The position numbers and the translations under genes were made by a program. A stretch of DNA of 14,687 nucleotides, taken from positions 1 to 14,687 of the forward strand of contig NW_021825776.1 of the NCBI RefSeq assembly GCF_006345805.1, in the 5' to 3' direction. The notes under the pieces were generated by a model. The model ran no database searches, was not told the origin of the DNA, and was given only the letters and a program-made list of their open reading frames with translations. Source of the DNA: Octopus sinensis (taxonomy: Eukaryota). Shown in pieces: positions 10,405 to 14,687 of this stretch (positions within the stretch are counted from its first letter, which is position 1; every line of letters starts with the position of its first letter).

Positions 10405-10879
10405 ATCTGTAAAATGTGCCAAATGTTTCGTATATAGGTATATATTCATAAAGCAGCTCTATGTTTAAGAGTACATGCATAAAGCAGAACATACAGCGCT
10501 CTACATACAGTGACCACTGATACTTACAGCTATACACACATGGATGAACAACTACGATATTGATATTGTTGGAATTAAAATGAAGGAGCATTGGACGTTG
10601 GTTAGGGACGGGAACTCATTCCATTTCTAAGGAACATAGCAATTAAATTAAACAATACCATAGTTATTTGTTTATACTAACATGCATCAAAACATGTATA
10701 TGGATTAGTGAAAGGTTGTGATTAGAAACAGGACGAAGAAAGTAGTGAATATATATTTCTCAAGAGCTAAATTATCTTGGAACAATTGCATCGTGATTTT
10801 TAACTTCTCGATGCCGAATATCCTGTCCTATAAATAACAGCCAACGTAAAAGTGGTAGATACGAAACAATCATCGTCAG

Positions 10880-10926
10880 CTTATAATGATGATAACGATC
10901 ATGATGACGATGATAATGATGACGAT
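10880..10926. repeat. Degenerate (GAT)n trinucleotide repeat
   Basis: ATAATGATGATAACGATCATGATGACGATGATAATGATGACGAT. Confidence 0.85.
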
Positions 10927-11029
10927 GTGTGTGTATGCATATGAGCGTATATATTCATGCTTCTGTATCTGGCTTCCATTCTGACTCCATTTTTGTATAA
11001 AATATGTCGATATATATGTACTTTGATAT

Positions 11030-11088
11030 ATACACACATACACTCATACATATTGCTACACACACTCTCACACACACACACACACACA

Positions 11089-11130
<42 letters not shown>

Positions 11131-11189
11131 CACATATATATATATACATACAGATACACATAAGTACATGCATGTATGCATGTGGCGGG

Positions 11190-11242
<53 letters not shown>

Positions 11243-11250
11243 TACACACA
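11030..11250. repeat. Compound (CA)n-(CT)n-(CA)n-(TA)n microsatellite
   Basis: Directly visible. Confidence 0.95.
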
Positions 11251-11559
11251 TAATCGCTAAGATAATTAAACACGAGAATAGAGACAGATAAGTAAATAAA
11301 TAATGTAACTGTGTAGATAATCAGCATAAAGCATTAAACGATGGCTATGCGGTGATCATAATAAACTCTGTAGCTCTGTTTGATGACTTGTAATTGCTAC
11401 ATTTTCAATGCCATATGTATTTGCACAGAACGTCTGTTCTTTCTGATCCACTGATCTATCAATACATAAAATAGCTACGCATAGGTATTTGTTCGCGTAG
11501 AGAGATATGTAAAATATATAAGAAAAACAATTGCATATAACCCTCGACTCAACCAACGG

Positions 11560-11716
11560 AACAACGAAAGTACGGATGTACGAAAGTACGAGCGAGCGCA
11601 CGAAAGAACGAACGAACGAACCAACCAACTAGCCAACCACTCAACCATCCAACCACTCAACCAACCAGCCAACCAACCAGCCAACCAACCAACCAACCAA
11701 CCAATCAACTAACCAA
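11560..11716. repeat. Tetranucleotide array grading from (AACG/TACG) to (AACC/AGCC)
   Basis: Directly visible. Confidence 0.9.
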
Positions 11717-11907
11717 AAACGACGCAAATATACGTACATCCATGCATTCTGATGCCATCTAGTAGAGAAACTTTTTTCATGAAATGAAAGAACAGCAAAG
11801 CTAGGAGACATGCCCTAGAATGACCGAAACTTTTGAGTTGAAACAAGTAAAAGAGTAAGAATAATTTAGTATATCTTTGTATCTCTATCCATCGTCAATG
11901 TTTATCT

Positions 11908-11909
11908 CA

Positions 11910-11965
<56 letters not shown>
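11908..11965. repeat. (CT)n-(TA)n microsatellite
   Basis: Directly visible. Confidence 0.92.
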
Positions 11966-11966
<1 letters not shown>

Positions 11967-11979
11967 TGTCCTTGTACAG

Positions 11980-12013
11980 AGGCCAACCGGACTCCTTTTT
12001 GCTCCGTGAACAG
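11980..12013 (+). CDS. Candidate 34-nt internal exon (xANRTPFCSVN)
   Basis: Acceptor TTTGTCCTTGTACAG, donor CAG|GTATTA; phase-compatible with the exon candidate at 12743. Confidence 0.2.
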
Positions 12014-12019
12014 GTATTA

Positions 12020-12220
12020 CTCTCCTCTCTTCCCTCCTTTGCGCCACATGGACTCAACTCTCCTCCACTCTTCATCTAACCTCCTCCCGTCGCCTTTCCT
12101 TCACACCTATTTCACACCTACTTCCTCCCACCCACCTCTCCTCTCTTGTTCTGACTACTAGTTCTTCACTTTTTTCCTATTCTCCTATGCTTTTCTCTTC
12201 ACTTCTACCCACCTTCTCCT
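12020..12220. repeat. Low-complexity C/T-rich tract
   Basis: About 200 bp dominated by pyrimidines on the + strand. Confidence 0.8.
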
Positions 12221-12221
12221 T

Positions 12222-12330
12222 ATATATTTATACACGCACACACACACAGACACACACATATATATATATATATATACATACATACAAACATACATACATA
12301 CATACATGCATACATACATACATACATATC
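12222..12330. repeat. (CA)/(TA)/(TACA) microsatellite
   Basis: Directly visible. Confidence 0.92.
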
Positions 12331-12617
12331 TGCATTTTGTATACCAAGCTTTCATTATGTTATTTTTGTATATTTTATGTATATTTTATGATAAATATGT
12401 AGCTAAATAAAAGCTTATTCGACGCAATTTCATATGAAATTACATTACGGTTATAAAAAAAAATCTGAATGTGTGAGAATCGTATTATGCCAAAAGATAA
12501 TTTAGCAGATTAAAGCATAAATACGATCAACATGCCGTATATATATATATATATATATATATACATAGGTTAGTGCATATAGACTATGCATTTGTATATT
12601 GATATGTACACACACTC

Positions 12618-12893
12618 TCACACACACAGACAAGTGTGTGTGTGTGACCATATGTACAAGAACGAGCCATTTCCAACGGCATAATGACTAGAAGATATAT
12701 GCGTGGAGATAAGAGTATCTACAAGTATATTTCCACCAACAGATACGACATTTCTCAAAGCAGGGTGAGGTAATCTCTTTACACCAAAAGCTACCTTACC
12801 TCCTATTACATGTCTACAATAAACATTTACCGGGGGGTAATCACATGTTCCTGTTATAGGACGGTTACCACCAGCAGAAATATTGTTGGTGAA
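12618..12893 (-). other. ATG-less 91-codon open frame with coding-type codon bias; identity unknown
   Basis: FTNNISAGGNRPITGTCDYPPVNVYCRHVIGGKVAFGVKRLPHPALRNVVSVGGNILVDTLISTHISSSHYAVGNGSFLYIWSHTHTCLCV*. Hand count over the first 82 codons: GC1 and GC2 about 46%, GC3 about 27%, T at third position about 48%. Not in the ORF track because it lacks ATG. Confidence 0.3.
12743..12769 (+). CDS. Candidate 27-nt internal exon (RYDISQSRV)
   Basis: Acceptor ATATTTCCACCAACAG, donor GAG|GTAATC; phase 2-2. Confidence 0.22.
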
Positions 12894-12925
12894 TTAAGTG
12901 CTGCAGGCATGGGAATGTTGGTGAT
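12860..12925 (+). CDS. Candidate 66-nt internal exon (RTVTTSRNIVGELSAAGMGMLV)
   Basis: Acceptor ATGTTCCTGTTATAG, consensus donor GAT|GTAAGT; phase 2-2; 90-nt upstream intron. Confidence 0.27.
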
Positions 12926-12939
12926 GTAAGTGTTCGTAG

Positions 12940-13045
12940 TAATATATATATGTATATATACATGCATACATATATATATGTACGTATATCCGCGTGTGTG
13001 TTTTACTGAGCATCATCATATAATACATACATGCACATACACACA

Positions 13046-13093
<48 letters not shown>

Positions 13094-13112
13094 TATATAT
13101 ATTTTATATATG
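12940..13112. repeat. (TA)n/(CA)n microsatellite
   Basis: Directly visible. Confidence 0.93.
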
Positions 13113-13400
13113 TATGATTCATTAGAATCGAGGCACATCAACATGTACGACGCCAGAAATAGCAAAGTACAATAATTAAATAAAATAATGATGAAAGTAT
13201 TGTGTGTTACTAGGATACTCTCGATATGTAAATAGCAAATCCAATTCAAACGGTACATCCAACTCAGGGATTCTTGTAGGTGCTGCCTGAACATAATAAA
13301 AGCAACACAACTAGGGGTAAAAGTGCAACGCAGCTGCCTCGGTAGAGTTTCATTGCTGAATTTGAATATTACACGAGAGCATATAATCCACCTTCTTCAG

Positions 13401-13428
13401 ATATGATTTAAAACAGCTATTTAAAATG
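13401..13428 (+). CDS. Candidate 28-nt internal exon (IYDLKQLFKM)
   Basis: Acceptor CCACCTTCTTCAG, donor ATG|GTATGA; phase-compatible with 12860-12925. Confidence 0.22.
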
Positions 13429-13899
13429 GTATGAAATCTTGATGATGAATAATCTAACCAATATATTATCTAGCATCTTCTTCCAAATATCCAAGTTGTT
13501 CTTCTGCCCAAGAATACCCAGAGGGTATCAAAATAAATTGACTGGATTGTTGTGAATCTATCTAACATATTGTATAATATATTGGGTGAATTCAACTTCA
13601 CAATGGTGTTATCTCATCAATTTATTCCTCTTTAAAGTTTTACCTGATGATATTAGTTCATATGCTATGATGTAATCTATGTATACATCAGTAAAAGTCA
13701 AGCGAAACAGCTGCCGTAAATTCTAAACGCATTCTCTGTTCTTTTTAATACCACACATATGTATACACCGTTGTATAAAACTCCCATGTCAAGTCAGGAA
13801 GTTTCGAAAATCAATGAAATGCGTTCGTTAATTTTTCTATCTACGAGAAAGTATTTTGATCCTCATGCCTATAACGTAGGTACACATTTAATATATAAA

Positions 13900-14200
13900 T
13901 GTGGTATGTATGTATGTTTACATGCAAATATATGTGTATTATGTGTATGTACATAAATAAATATATATATACGATTGTGTATGAATATAATATTTATATG
14001 TACAAATCATGATATATATATATATATATATATATATAAGTATATATATATATAGACTTATGTATGTTGTATGTATGTATATATGTGCGTATAATGCAAT
14101 ATCTATGTGTGTGATTGTATATATGTATACACACACGCATATATATATTTATTGTTAGAAAGATAGAATCATAGATGGGTAGATAGATAGATATATAGTT
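13900..14200. repeat. Degenerate (TA)/(TATG)/(GATA) microsatellite field
   Basis: Directly visible. Confidence 0.88.
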
Positions 14201-14421
14201 AGATGGCGTGTACAGTGTATGCCTATATGACAGTTCGGATTGTTATGTAAAATGATCAGATAAAAGCCACTTCATAACCGGAACAGAAAAATGAACCATT
14301 AGAATTTTATAAGCTTAAAGTTTAAATGTAAAAGTAATCGGTTTGTTATCGAATGCTTTGAGACGTTGTTTCTATGATAGAAAGCAAATGCTTCTTGGAA
14401 AGTATAATTCAAATAATGAAT

Positions 14422-14643
14422 TATATATATACATACATACATACATATATATATATATATTGTGGTGTGTGTGCGTGTGTGTGTGGTGTGTTGTGTGTGT
14501 GTTGTGTATTTGTGTGTGTGAGCGTATGTGTGGTATGTATATATATATATATACATGTGATATATTATATATATATATATACATGTATATATATATAATA
14601 CATATATCCATATATATATATATACTGTATATACATCATATAT

Positions 14644-14687
<44 letters not shown>
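14422..14687. repeat. Compound (TA)/(TACA)/(TG) microsatellite running to the window end
   Basis: Directly visible. Confidence 0.93.

Noticed and set aside
11430-11485. Exon-like unit with TTTGCACAG acceptor and AG|GTATTT donor
   Set aside because: Stop codons in all three frames.
11748-11850. Possible hammerhead or PLE terminal repeat (CTGATG...GACCGAAAC)
   Set aside because: Core incomplete (CTGATGC) and no coherent stems; may be a repeat fragment but cannot be supported from sequence alone.
13632-13676. Walker A-like YIIAYELISSGKTL (packaging ATPase idea) on minus
   Set aside because: Lacks the first Gly of GxxxxGKT, the frame closes within about 10 codons, and no Walker B is seen.
13645-13718. 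CTGATGA...GAAAC...GTA hammerhead candidate
   Set aside because: No stem I or stem II pairing.

Overview
AT-rich eukaryotic DNA with a very heavy load of microsatellites: (TA)n, (CA/TG)n, (TACA)n, (CT)n, (AACC)n and (GAT)n. The repeat style and SINE structure suggest a coleoid cephalopod (Octopus-like) intron or intergenic region; this taxon call is inference only. Almost every ORF in the supplied track is a translation of these repeats (YIYI, HTHT, CVCV, SLSL). No gene can be named. The best-supported elements are a tRNA-derived SINE with A/B boxes and a CORE-like central domain (824-1137) and an adjacent minimal type I hammerhead-ribozyme-like motif (1229-1266) of the kind carried by Penelope-like elements, with a decayed stem II. 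Weaker leads are two unique islands with coding-type codon bias (2833-3201 + and 12618-12893 -), competing small-exon models on both strands at about 11.98-13.68 kb, a possible MITE, a possible Tc1-like remnant and one strong hairpin. I found no convincing new multi-gene system.
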